Shown here: piece by piece, positions 12,231 to 24,693 of the stretch
Position numbering within the stretch: the first letter of the stretch is position 1
Layout of the letters: each line of letters opens with the position of its first letter
Assembly (NCBI GenBank): GCA_905178155.1
Contig: CAJINV010000001.1
Coordinates: 155,079-219,078 of the forward strand
DNA length: 64,000 nt
Direction of reading: 5' to 3'
From: Amoebophrya sp. A120
Lineage: Eukaryota; Protista; Dinoflagellata
Program-made: the position numbers and the translations under genes
Notes under the pieces: generated by a model
The model's database searches: none
What the model was told of the DNA's origin: nothing
What the model saw: the letters and a program-made list of their open reading frames with translations, nothing else

Positions 12231-13615
12231 TCTGGCGGAACAGGTCAGCACAAGCCAACGACACTAGCAGCAGTACTACCAACAGTTAATAGCAGTGAAT
12301 TCATCCAGAAGAGCAGAACAACCATCCTTCAATAGTTTCAGCAGTCAGTCTCTGTGATCAGTACCGAAAAACAACCAGAAAATTGATCTTGCAACTTGCA
12401 GCAGCAGAAAAATCCTGATGATTAGTAGACAAACCTCCTCGCCACATCACTGCCGATCAAATTCGGTGAAAGAACTGCGCGAGCACCCGAGAACTTTGCC
12501 GCTTTGCCTACAATGCATTGCGTCGCCCCTTTACTAATTTTGAGTACGCAACAGCAACAGTCTTGAACAATGTAAGAAATTCCCGTCGAGTAATTTTCCA
12601 GTTTTGCCGAATAATGCAGCAGTGGCGCATCTCCTCGTGCGTACCCTGTGCAAAAGTGCCGCAGCTGGAGTGTTTGGGGGTTTGCATGACATATGCCACT
12701 CGTAGGGGAAATCAGCATTACAGACTCTATTTTGGTTTATGAAGGAGTTTGCATTGCGACTTCCAGCATTGCGGGCCTTTTGTCATGCATAGCATCCCAC
12801 GACGCGCTAATGTAAACGAAAAACAACGAACAAATGCATGGATACCGGATCGCAAGCCCTGCGCTACTGCCCTCCAGATACCCAGGGCTTGGACTCGACA
12901 CCAAACGAAAATGTTGAACTGGCCTCCGAGAACTACAGTCTTTTCTTCTTCCCCCCTCATCCTGACCACCCCACCCTTCGAGCAGGGCAGCAACTCGGGT
13001 CCGGAGCTGGCATCGTGGTCGCGCGTAGCGATCGTTGGTTCCTGGCAGGAGATCATTGAAAAAGGATGATGTGAACTACGTTTGTGGTTTTCTTCGTTTC
13101 TCAGTTATTCCCCAAATAGATGAACTGGTATTTGTAGAAAAAAAGCAACTGGTGCTTCCCTAAACCGAAGGAACTTTTTTCTGATTTCTTGGCAAGTTGC
13201 AAAAAAAAAGTAAAGCAAGTGAGTCGGAAACTGGGGCCCTGCAGGTTGCTCTTGTTGTGTTCGTGTTCTGTGCCTCGCACTAAGGGAATTGCACTCGTTT
13301 GCGTCATCTTTTTTTGCCTGCTTGCAGGACGGAGTCGAAAATGCCATAGGAGCGGAGGGCAGCACTGGCTGGCGTAGCTGGCATCTTGGGTTGCATGCGC
13401 GTGGGCCCTTTGACCCAGCCAAGCCTCGGGTCGTCGTTTCGCCACCATCGCGTCACGGGTTGGATTCACGGGAGTTGCGCGAGGCGTGGCGCACCAAATC
13501 CCAGGCGGAGATAATACGGAGCAACATTGCTGTCGGGCTACGTGGAGATGAATGGCCGAAACGTTCAGCAGTGCCACAACCGGGAACGCAGACGGTGGGC
13601 AAGCTGACCCCGGGA

Positions 13616-13630
13616 CCATTTTGGCTCAAG
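13616..13630 (+). other. Dinoflagellate spliced-leader motif (DinoSL nt 8-22, relict form)
   Basis: Exact CCATTTTGGCTCAAG, followed ~20 nt later by a T11 run. Confidence 0.7.
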
Positions 13631-14173
13631 TTGGTTTGCATGGAAAATATTTTTTTTTTTGTTCAATGGTCTAAATGGCTCGAATGGTTATGGTCAGTCT
13701 GACCCTCTTGAATCCATAGAAGATCTGATATTCTTGATCTCTGTCATCAATTGATTTGAAAAGATTTCGAATCAGGGGAAAAATAATGATGTTGATGTTG
13801 ATGATTCATTCTGATTTTTATTCGTAGAAATAAAAAGAAAAAGAGTGCCGCGTTGGTGTTTGTGATTGTGTGTGTCTGCCGTGAAATTCATTAATACAAA
13901 CATGACAAGATGATGATTATGAAGATCAGAAAATTGGTGTGAATGTAGTCGGAACATGGGGGACATGTGGAGGTGTTGTTTTGTGCGCATGGAGGCCAAG
14001 GCTCTGCTTCCCGGGCAGCCTCTGTGTCGCGCTTCTGCGCAGTACTCCGCCGATTGTCAAAAGAGTATGGATCTTGTCGTTGTGGTCCGCTTTGGTCCCG
14101 CGCTGCGGCCGCGGCCCGGCTGTGTTGTCTTGTGTGTTCCATAGCTATTTTGTCGTTGTTTTTTATTTTGATT

Positions 14174-17100
14174 TCAAGCGCTGCGCCTGCGCCGACGTGG
14201 ACGACCATCAGGATCAAGTGGACGACCATGATCATCAGTTGGTTGTTGTTTCAACTTTATGAATTGGTACCCCAGACCCGCCAACAAAATGCCAAATGCA
14301 ATGACAATTAGGTGGAGGTCCTGGATCCCCGTCAAAGGAGTGAGATAGTGTATAGACAATATGACTGTGAAAATGGTAATAAAAGCCATCAACATGAGGA
14401 AGGATCTTATTGGGTATGCGTATGCCGTTGCTGGAGCCCGACGTAAATTGTTCCATGTTCCTGCTGCGACCCAAGAAAAAAAGTTCCATGCTAGTCCTGG
14501 TGCTGGCGCTAAAAACGTGTGCCAACAGGAGGAAAACAAAGCAGAGCAACATGATGTGCACGCTGCGCAGCGGTCCTTCCTTGTGCTCGGTGTTACTACA
14601 GTTTCCGGGGGTCCCGGAGGGCCTCCCGATCCGGGGCGCAGCGCCCCGGAGTGTTGCTTGGGGAGTTCGGTAGGCAGCAACTTTGCATCTTCAGCAGACG
14701 CAGTGCCTGTCGCTCGTACCGGAGCACCGACAAGGCCGCGGCGGGCCGCTGGGGTCGTCCACCAACGCGCCGCTGTAGTTGCGGCTTGATATCTTCCAGG
14801 GCGGATTGTGCTGCCTTTCGGATTCGAGCGCGCTTCTCCATTTTCGTCCCCCGAGTCCAGAGTACTTGCATCTTCACTGTCGGCGGCCCTGCGTCGCTGC
14901 CCCTGCTGTTCCGTGACGGGTCGAGACGAGTACTCTTGGCGCTGCCAGAAGTAGTGGTCTTGGCGCATCTGAATGTGAGAGCTTGATGACTTCGCGCGAC
15001 CCAGGTTCTGCTTGGCCAGGATTTCAAAAAAGGACGCCCCCGCGCGTTTGTGCCCTGGCGACCGCGCAGTGAATTGTGGCACCGTCGGAACGCCTTGTGC
15101 CTTTTTCTCCTCTGCTGGATTCAGGTACCGTTTCCCCGATGGCAGTATGCAACTGCAAAAGCAAAGGCGCAAGTGGCATCGGCAGTATCTTCCAGTAAAT
15201 CTTATAATGTAAATGTATAGATATCTTTATCCAATCTGGATGATAAAGTTTCGCATCTGGCAGATACGAAACTTTTTTTAAACAGTAAGCACAAAGAAAG
15301 TTCACTCACGGCAGCGGCACGCTTAGAAGAGCGCATCATGCAATAACGATGAGAAACAGATGAGTGATGAATCGCAAAAGAGAATAGACATCTAGATGAT
15401 GTATGAAGATCAACATGGAAAACGAAAAAACTACTACGGCGTGCTTTATGTATTCATCTTGCACTTGGCACGGGCGCGGTGCTTCTTTTAAGGGGGATAT
15501 CTAAGACGCGGCCCCATTCCGCTTGCAGGACCGGGAGGACGTCGACGAAGCTCTGTACCAGGCGCCGATCCACACCGCCATCCTTAGTCTTCCGCGAGCG
15601 AGATGGGCCCGTCTTGTCCGCCTCATCTCTTCCGAACAGAAACTCTCCCGTGCGCCGAAAGGAATCGCCTACGCCGCCTGCGATCGGAGCGTGGTGTATT
15701 AACTCCGCCAAAGTTGTAGTTGTAGGAGCTGTACCGCCAGCGGCGTTTCTGTTTCGGCTTTGGTCCTCCTGCTCTTTCGCTTTCCTCCCGCTGACCGACA
15801 AAAAGCCTTGCACGAGCAAAAGCATCGCGACAATTACGCCGGCAAATTGAGCCTCCGGCGATGCTGCTATCCTGCTGGGAAAAAGAATCATACTCGTTGC
15901 TTGGCGTGCCAATTTTTCAATATCGCAGTGTTGCATGACACGGAGGCACTGGGCCCTCTTAGTTTAAGTCGCTCCGCACTAGCTCTTCGACTAGCGAAGC
16001 ATACAAAAAAGTCATTGCAAAGGCAAGCCGCGGACGGGCACGTGGAGAGCCGATGCATAAGGAAACACAAAGAAGGCAATTTCTAAACCTACCTGCGAGT
16101 AGAAGATAGTTTTGCATTCAATAGACGCCACCATCTCGGAAAATGATGAAGCTGGACCGGAAAGAACAGTGGCAGTGCGTGGGGTAGTTTTCGTCGGAGC
16201 CGCCTGGTTTAGTATTACATCTGCATCAGCGCGCTCTTTCTCATGGTTCTCATAGGGTTCTCGACGTGTCCTCGTCTGCTGCATCTGTTCCCGCCTGTTA
16301 CCCTGGAAGAACTGCAGGAGGCTCCCCTTTGGCGTTCTGTTCGCGATCGTTCTCGTTGTTCTCGGGATCTTCGTGTCGTGGCCGTCCTTTTCTTGTGTAG
16401 TTTCTGCCCCGAGATCGCGCGCCCTTCCCAGTGTTCCCAGGAGCCAGCCGGATAGAACGTCCACACTGGTAAAATGTTGCCAATCGATTCCCTGCACTAC
16501 GCGCTTGACAATGGGGAGCAACAATCGAGCCGGGGCTTGGTCTGGCGCGTCATTATCTTCCGCAGGCGCCCCAAACATCTCTCCAAACATGTCGAGCGTG
16601 TCGCTCACGCCGGACATTGCGCGCCTCGCCCGGCCGAAGTACGTGCCAGTGGTAGACGGAGCTGATTTTTTTCCGCCGCCTGTTCCCGTAAACAAGCCGA
16701 AGCCACGCACTTCGGGCATCAGGAGGAAACTATCCTGCATTGGAAACGCGAGCAGCTTGCTGTCCGTAGACAAAAGGTCGCGCTCCGTCAACCTAGGAAA
16801 GACGTCCAGCACCTGCAAACCATGGTAAAGCGGCGGAGCGCTATCCTGGGTACAAACGTTCCCGCTCCAACATCCTCAAGACGGGAAATCTGCTAAACAA
16901 ATCGCCTTCGCCGAGCTGTGGTTGTTGAGCATTACAAAAAATTTGGGCTAGCAGGGTAAGTAAGTAGTCTTGTTGAGGTAGTGTAACCACAACACATCAC
17001 AGATCTAGCATATATCGCTTAATATCATTTGAAGAGCATCACAAATCTGAAATAAAACACGACTAGAAATAAATGCTCCTCATTATGGAGCTGCGCATGA

Positions 17101-20100
17101 GAAACATGTTTTTTTAGGCATGAGGATTTTTTGCATGACAGTGTTGGGATGGGGACGTTTTTCACAGAATAAGCGAAGTCGGTTTCAAGTACTTTTTCGT
17201 CGGCGAAGGCCGCGAAGGTCGCCTGCAGAATCTGCTTCATCACCTATCATGATGAAAACCGCACCTGGCCCAGAACTGCTACTTGGCAGCATTTGCATTG
17301 CAAACCCGCCAAGAAAAACTAAGCACATTCCCGGACTTGCATGTATCAGCGCCGCGAATTCCCGCTGCACAAATATCCGCTGCAAAAAGGCCGAGCAACA
17401 GCGGCGTTCGTCATGTAGGAGACTAGATCAGGAAAACTCGTAATTGGTTCTTCCACGCATGGCATGCCATGCAACACAAAGATAAAGAAGAAGCACAAGC
17501 TCCTGCTTCCATTTGGAAACTTTGGGCCAAACACATTTCCCTCTTCATCTTCTGGGGAAGGTGGGGCGCTTTTCATTCCAATATCAACCCCTCAAGATAC
17601 CGCTTGGCCCGTTTCCCCAATTTCGCGCGAATTTCTCGCTCGGCGTCCCCGCGGTCCTTCGACGGAGATCCTTATAACCCTCTCACGCGGGACAACCTCT
17701 TCGGTGGTAATGATGAAGTAGGAGGCCCATGATGCAGATGCATATCATCAAGATCATCATCATGCAAAGACAAAGACAAAGACGAGTGCGCGCTGATTAT
17801 GATTTGGCACTTTCATATATATTTTTTTATAGAATGTAAACGTATATGTAAACTCATGCTGGAATATCGCCGATCTGAATGCCCTAATAGCATCTACGTG
17901 AAGTAACTTTGTGCTGGTTGCGAATGAACCAGTGTGGCTTCGCACGTTCTTCCACCTGCGGCTCATGCAAGACAATAAAGGCTCCGAAGATCAAAACACT
18001 CTCACAGTTGAGATATTTACGCGTGAGCGGGTTATAGTTGTCGCGCCGTGCTGGTCTGCCTTTTCTTCTTGCCCAAACCCGCCGGGAGAGAGGACGTTCT
18101 TGCCTTCTTGTAGTCATACTCCCGGAGCAGCGTCTTCGGAATATGCAGCCGACTGGACTGTAGGAAGCCGCGCAGCAGCCGGGCAAGGTTTTTCGCGGCG
18201 AAGTGCAAGAGGCGGTAAAACGCGTAGTCTTCCTCCAGTAGCACCCCCTGCAGGCGTTCTGTGGACACCGCTGCGCCGCTGCTTCTACCCGGAACGAGAG
18301 TTCGCGCAAAGCTCGCTCGGTCGTAGAAAACTCGGTAGACTCGGAGCTGTCCCCGCCGCTTTTTTTTTTCCCCTTTTTTTCGCACCAAGCCGGCGGGCGC
18401 GAACACGCGAAAGCCCCCGACACGCGCTGTGTCCAATAAATGGCTGCCGCTCGAAGTCGCACTGGCCGACGGCGTGGTCGCAGAGGCCGAGGCCTTAGCT
18501 TGTGGCCCAGCAGCAGGCGGAGCTTTCGCAACATGGGTGTGGCTTTCATCCTGCTGCCCCGGAGCCGCTAGCTTCGTAGCTCCCGGGGGGAGAAGTCGGA
18601 GAGTATCGGCGGCCAAGTCCTCTAGGAAGATACGCGGAGCGTACGCCTGTGGCCCACGAAGGCCAAGGAAGTTCTCCAGGGGGACCGCTTCCAAGGAGAT
18701 CCGAGCAACCTTCTTTCCGCGTGAAAAAAGGTCCTCCGGACTGGCGAAGGTTGGTTGCGGCTGTTTCTGCCCGCCATGATGATTCGCAGCTTTTTCCTCC
18801 GTGCCGACCACATGATAAGCCACCTGCGTCACCGCAAAAACAGATCCGGGGCTGAACATGAGCTGCGGACTCGCCGAATTAGTAGAGCTGCTGAAGACGG
18901 GGATTAGGAACGTCACCAGGTCACCGGCTTGCGGGAGTGGAAACAGGTATTGCAGGTTGATCTGAAACTGTTGCTGTTGCAGATGATTGGGATGTTTTAT
19001 TTCAGTCTTCCCTGGCGGAAGCTTCACGGCGACGGGTGAGGCGAAATGCACCGGCAGCGAAAGGTCTCGCCGTGTCGTCGATTTCTGATTCCGAACGTCG
19101 CCTTTTAGCACCTTGCCGACCTGCCCCTGCAGCGCAGTCTGCAGCGGACCTTGTAACTCCGCGAACAAGGGCGACGGCCCTTCGATCGGTGCCGGAGTGC
19201 TCCCACCAGCCGTTTGTTGACCACGGAATATGACCTGTACGAAAACGGCTGCGCCTTCGGGTCGCAGGAGACCGAGGTCGTTCCCTAGAAACCGATTGAC
19301 GTTCCCGGTGTCGGTACTCAAAGCCGCCGTCAGCCCGCCACTTTCGCCTCCTGCCGCCCCGTTGAGGGATTGGGTCAAGAGGCGCAGCGGCGCTTTGATC
19401 TCTTTGCTGGAAAGAAACTCTTTGGCGGATGATCCACCGCTCGCCATGCTGATCATCCCGCGCGTCACCTGTCGCAGCGCCACCGCCCCCAGACCGTTTG
19501 CAAAGAAGTCTACCCACGTCTCCGACGGTCTTCTTGCGCCCCTGCTCGAGGACAGCTGCTCTTCTTCCTCGGTGGTCGTTGCGACGTCCTGTTCGTCGTG
19601 CTTCCTTGTTCTATGGGGCGGAGAGAGCACCACAGCGCCCCCCTACACGATAGTATTTGTATGGAGTTTTTAATATTTTCACAGCAAGATGATGAAGACG
19701 AACAGCTGCAACAGCAACACTGCAGCTCCTTCGGCATAACTTTAACTACACACCTACACGTGGACCACTAGAGCGGTATATTATATCGCTTGTCCGCGTC
19801 GCCGCCGCGAGTCTTTTTATTAAATAAACAGTGGCGAACGACAAGGGAGGACATCGGACAAGGTGGAGTGGATTTGGAATGTTCTTCATGTTCTTGCGTG
19901 ATGTACTTACAAATGAGGGACAGGCGCTGGTGGAGCTGTGCACTCTCATACCTCACTCGCGGCCGGGCAGGGGACGACGAGGAGGATCGTCCTGCGGAAC
20001 GTGAACGACCTGCGCGGCCTGACATCAGCTGCAGCCAAGTCATTTTATTCTTGGCGTGTTCGCTAGGCCGAGAACGTCGGCTTGGAGCTGTCGTTTTGGC

Positions 20101-21699
20101 CGCGAAGTAGACGGAGGTGGTAGAGTTGTCCGCCGGTGCCCCCAACTCGTCGGCGTCGCGGCCCCGGAGGTGCCGACCACCGCGGCCATAGTAGTTCTGG
20201 ACGTGCTGGGGCTGCTGGGCGCTCTCCTCTTCGTAGTGGTTTCTGTCATCTGTACCACTGCCTACTTGCTCTTGCTCGTCCTGCGCAAAGAAGCTGCTGA
20301 GCTGAGAGATGCGGCCGTCAGGCAAGGTCTCCACGGAGAGAAAGTCAGGCCCGTTATTTCTTGGCCCCACCCGCGGTTCTTCTTTTTGTTTTTGATGTAC
20401 GTGATCCTGCTCTGCTCGCGTAGTTTGTGGTCCCGTCGCAACTGCACTTCTGGTGGTGCCAGTATCAAATGCAAATACGTCTGGGTCCTCTGGAAGGGTG
20501 CGAATCTGTGATGCAGCTAACTCTGGCCACCACAAAAATCTGTCTTGCGCGGCCCACAAAACCTGGTCTCTTTGTGCGACCCGGACTACGATTTCTCATG
20601 CCGCGGACAAGGCATGCCCACGCGCACCAGGTGATCGAAAAATCTCTGATGCTAGTAGGACCTGTATAATGCCAGACGCAGACCTTCTGTTTCATACAAA
20701 AACAGCAGAGCAAGAATTTGCACTCTTCCAGACGACCCAGAGGACATGTATGCAGTTGATAGGCAGCCTTTCTCGCTTCGTCACTACGTCGAGATGGCGT
20801 CGCTGACAGGTCCTGCGTATCTTCAACAGCTGCGCGCAGGTCAGGCTGATTGCTTTGAGGGGACAGTTCGTAATCATATCCACTGCGAATCGAGGATCGC
20901 TAATGCCAATCTTGCAATTGCATGACAGAAAATTATAAGGCTTGTTCTGTCCACCTGCATCTGAATGCTGACCAAAACATTGCAGCTCGTCTACTAGTGC
21001 TATTTGGAAAAATCTGTGTGTCAACATGCGATTTATTATTACAGATTGAAATTGATGATAAACAGAATCATAAGAGCGATGCTTCTTTTGCAAATCATAT
21101 TTCGTTGTGCAGATGCTTCTGCCGCCCCGCCTGCCGCTCGCTCACGCCGCCCGAGAAATCTATGAGTGTGCACAACTTCCGCTCCCCCTCATCTGGATAG
21201 CATCGATAACAATTTGAAGAATACACAGCAACCCAAGCTCTGGCATTTATTTGTTTCAAATATGCCGGCTTTGCATGTTGACAAACTCGAACAGGATTGT
21301 AGTGCTATTTGGGCTCCTCCCGGAGCCTGCTGTCACGCAAGCAATGCCAAGCGGCAAAGCGTGGACTTGCAATGCCAATGCAGCAAGTTGTACTTGATGT
21401 TGATTTTGCATGACAAATGGGGGGAAGAGCGAGGGGTTGCGCATGACTGTCATAAATAAAGCCTCACTTCTTGTTCTGCTAAAATTGTTCTCGCTCCTTT
21501 CATCATCTCCTGGCGTCGCAGCTGCGCTGGCGATCACGGTGGGGACGAGGCAACACGAGAGAAAACAGATCATGGCGCACCATGAAGCACGTGCTCGCTC
21601 CTGACGTTGTCGTGTCCGTACCACATTGAACTTGTTCAAGAAGCAAGGACGCCAGCAGCACAAGCTTGCCAAGGACACAGGCACCGTCTTATTCACCAT
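14174..21699 (-). CDS. Unknown protein, paralog A (hydrophobic N-terminus, two C-terminal hydrophobic segments), multi-exon
   Basis: Exons are collinear with paralog B, e.g. RPSETWVDFFANG, STERLQGVLLEEDYAFY, FPRLTERDL, LPVLQAEWGRVL, YLNPAEEKKAQ. Confidence 0.75.
15146..15499. mobile_element. Introner, specific to paralog A (direct repeat degraded)
   Basis: Splits GRVL/PSGKRY, which is contiguous in paralog B (GRVLSSGKQY). TAT...ATA ends. Confidence 0.6.
16842..17171. mobile_element. Introner, specific to paralog A
   Basis: DR AGCGC/AGCGA; empty site GGCGGAGCGAAGTCGG at ~30333 in B. Confidence 0.8.
17245..17583. mobile_element. Introner, specific to paralog A
   Basis: DR TCACC/TCAAC, IR ATGAAAACCGCACC / GGGGCGCTTTTCAT; empty site at ~30420 in B. 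Confidence 0.8.
17673..18036. mobile_element. Introner (TATAACCC end family), specific to paralog A
   Basis: IR TATAACCCTCTCACGCG...CGCGTGAGCGGGTTATA. Confidence 0.75.
19611..19951 (-). mobile_element. Introner-derived intron with GT-AG ends, paralog A
   Basis: Sense GTATGAGAGTGCACAGC...CCCCATAG (family C end); removal gives in-frame RV-RTRK. Confidence 0.6.
20463..20761. mobile_element. Introner family A (TATCAAATGCAAA..TCTGGGTCTGGAAG)
   Basis: Family A IR ends, DR GCCAG/GGCAG. Confidence 0.75.
20877..21099. mobile_element. Introner shared with paralog B (37080-37303)
   Basis: Same position, and shared internal blocks TCCA(C/T)CTGCATCTGAA..TGACCAA and AGAGCGATGCT. Confidence 0.7.
21161..21457. 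mobile_element. Introner family C (TATGAGTGTGCACAAC), specific to paralog A
   Basis: DR AAATC/AAAGC; splits SE/DFS, which is contiguous in B. Confidence 0.75.
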
Positions 21700-24693
21700 G
21701 GTACTCAACGAAGACTCATAGTAGTTCAAAAATCTATCATAATTTTTACTCCTGGCAAAAACATTTCCATCTTCTTCTGCTCGTCCATCGGTAGGCGACT
21801 GCTTTCAGGCTGGCTTACAAAAAGCAATGGAGAGAATGAGTTACGTCGTGTTGATGCAGCGTCTGTATTTTTTGCATTCCTATTCGGTATGATATGTATT
21901 GACATTCCAAATATTAATATGGCCGAGGACGACCGTTTTGCAAGTTCATTTCAAGCGGGTAGCGCGGGCTTGAACCCATATCAAGCGAAAAACTCAAGCC
22001 CCCCTAGCAGTGTCTCTTGCGCCGTTGCTTTCGGTAGACTTGCTTAATATGGGAGTCGAAGGACTTTAACTTTATGTTTATCTATTTTTCTAAAATTTGC
22101 GCACCATCACATAAACTTTTTTGCCTAAGCCTATTTGGAAGAAAGGAGAAAGGAAGCCAACTCTCGCAGGCGAGATCATATTACACACTAGGGAGTGTCG
22201 GAATATGCTGTTCCCGTTGCTGCCACAGCCACTCACTTGCCTGCCGCCATGCTGGTGCTGAATAACTACAAGGCGGCGCGGTGGGGTTGCGTTGGTCCTG
22301 GTGTTTCTTTCTAGGACCCCTCGCACCAGATCATGAAGCAATAGCAGCCGGCCTACAAACTGAATAAAATCCTAGTACAACTACACGCGGCGGCGCAACA
22401 TCTCCTTAGCCTGTTTCTCTTCATAGTGGTAGTGCAGAAGAACAAGTGCCGAGGAACTATTTCTATTCCTCCCTCGGCGACATGTACACGCGGCCACGCC
22501 GTGATGAGGAATTGTTCCCGAAATTCAACAAGAGCAGAAACTTACACTCGGATCGACACACCAATCGACGCAGCAATGTCTTGCTTTCATCTCGAAAAAA
22601 AAACAAGTTGTAACAGAGCGCGGCAATAGCTGCTAAAGCTAATTTATATTTACCGAAAGAAAAAATAAAAAATCAATCGCGTGGCGCTCGCTTCTTGAGG
22701 CGAGAGGCTGTTTTCTTGTTTGTTATCTTTGGCCTCGTGGCATCTGTAACCGGATGGTTACATGGGTTTGATGGGACTCAGAAGTTACAGCATCCGGTTG
22801 AAGGGCTTACTATTGATGTACTTAAAAACAGTAGATATGACGGCGATGAGAAAGCTATCCAAAAATAAAAGGCTTTATATTAATATTTATATAGTGACCT
22901 CAGCGACAGGCTCCTCTTCTTCAGGACGCCCTCCTTCCCCGCCACGGAAGAACGACGGTGCAAAAGCATCAGAGTAACAGTATTTGGGGCTCGCGCCGCA
23001 GTGCAGACACAGCGGCGCGGGGATCTGCACATAACAATAGAACAATAGCACTGCAGCAACTAGATCTCCTGGGAGCGGCTAGATAAAGAAGCTTGGCCGA
23101 AGGGAAGGCGCCTTCTTGGCGAGGGGTTTTGGCGGGAAGGGCAGCCGACGCACGAAAAAAACTTCAGTTGTCCTGCCAAGCAGCAAAAGGCAATGCAGCA
23201 AAGTGTGTAAGTACTTCAGGTATCCGATGCTCGCAAAAGCACGAACAAAAGACAAAGAGAAGAAAAACCCAAAAGAAAACTCGCTGGCGCAAACCGCCAG
23301 CAGCAGCCCAAAACTTAGAACGCTTGGCCCGGGCGGCGCCTGTAGTGCCAGAACGAGAAGCAGGGGCAGGGCCCAGCAATCGAGGCAGAAAATAAGCGCG
23401 CGCCCTCCAGGTTGTTCTCGTTGCATTCGGTGACAGGCGCGCCCCCTATCGGCTGGGGACTAGAAATCCCCAGCAGGTGCGACCGCCCTCTCTGTTTTCA
23501 CATCATTGCATCCACCCCCGCGCAGCTAGGGCCAGGGTGCCGCTCTTCGGGGTACATACGTTTCGGCTACCTGTAGCTGCGGTTTGTGGAGGTAGGGGTC
23601 ACGGTGGTCGCTTGGTACATACAACACAGCTGCAACCCTGTGAACCGCTGCGCACCTGCTGGCGCTATTTGTAAATCGCGCGCACCGCTGTAGTAGCAGG
23701 GCTCCGCCACGCCTTTTGCTTCCCAGTAGCAGGCACCCCTGCAGCAGCGCGCTTACTTGGTCCAGATCCTCTACCTTTTTTTACTACTTACATGCAAAGC
23801 TGATGAAAGAATATTTATGAAAGTAGGCGGCCGCCCCACCTGCCTTCACCGCCTGAACGCGACAGGCATTCCGGTGGTTGTTTCTGTGCCCCTCCCAACC
23901 CGCGCGAGATTGGTCGCTTTTTTGCTTCCGTCTTCGAGACGGCAGGCCGGTCGCGCGTGCAAGAAGAACAACAACACAGGCCTGCTTGCAAAGCAGACAA
24001 ACCACGTAGTGTTCTTGTATGAGCAGAAAGAAATGACTTTTGGGTCGCAATCTGTAGGCGGTTTTGGGACAAGACCTGTAGAGGTCGACCTCTAGAGGTG
24101 GACCTCTAGAGCTCACCCCTACAGGTTTTGCACCTCTAGAGGTCGCGGCCCTCCTTGGGCTCCAGGTTTTCCCACAGTAGTGTGGGGATTCGAAATAGAA
24201 AGGTAAGCGAAAAAAAGGCTACCTCTAGAGCTTGGGCCCTCCTTTGGCCCAGGTTTGAGCCAGGTCCGCGTCACAGTAGCACCGTGATTCGAAAAAAAAC
24301 GTCAATGGCCGTCCTTTGAGCCTTCTTGGTCCCAGGTTTTAGACGATTTGCTGCGAGTACTATAGTTCTTTTGGCTATGCAAGCACAGCCACAAGGGATG
24401 AAAAAAATAATTAATAAAATTCGTTGCTGTATTCCACACCGACATTACCTCCGCAAACATAAGAACATGAAGCAGCGAAGAATTAAGAGGAGAAGGAGAG
24501 GCGCGTCTTGTTTTGGAGACGTGCGCTCAACGCTTCTTCTTCTACCCTTACCGTCCAAAGCATCACAACCGCGCTACAACATGGGAAAGCAGCCCTAAGC
24601 GATAGTAGGTGCGATGGTGCTCGCTTATGACTATGATTTCAGTTTAATGCGGACCCCAAAAAGCTTGGTATTCGTCGTGTTGTGACCACTAAG

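Larger units (their letters stand above)
3257..13707 (+). mobile_element. Large (10.45 kb) TIR DNA transposon with a DDE transposase and a second gene (hAT/Kolobok-like)
   Basis: Left end GAGGGTCGATTGACCATAACCATTCAGCCCATTTAAACCATTCG; reverse complement of right end GAGGGTCAGACTGACCATAACCATTCGAGCCATTTAGACCATTG (~50-bp imperfect TIR). AT-rich flanks on both sides. Flanking tetramers TTAT and TTGA are each 1 mismatch from TTAA. Confidence 0.8.

Noticed and set aside
12960-13050. Weak direct similarity to 3400-3460 (SGPELASWSR vs SSPNFGAWCR)
   Set aside because: Too short and too divergent to call.
3248-13716. 8- or 9-bp TSD for the large transposon
   Set aside because: The flanks TCCATTTAT and TTGAATCCA do not match; only a degenerate TTAA reading is possible.
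23080-23560. Inverted copy of the repeat at the window start
   Set aside because: Only short scattered matches by eye; not supportable without an alignment.
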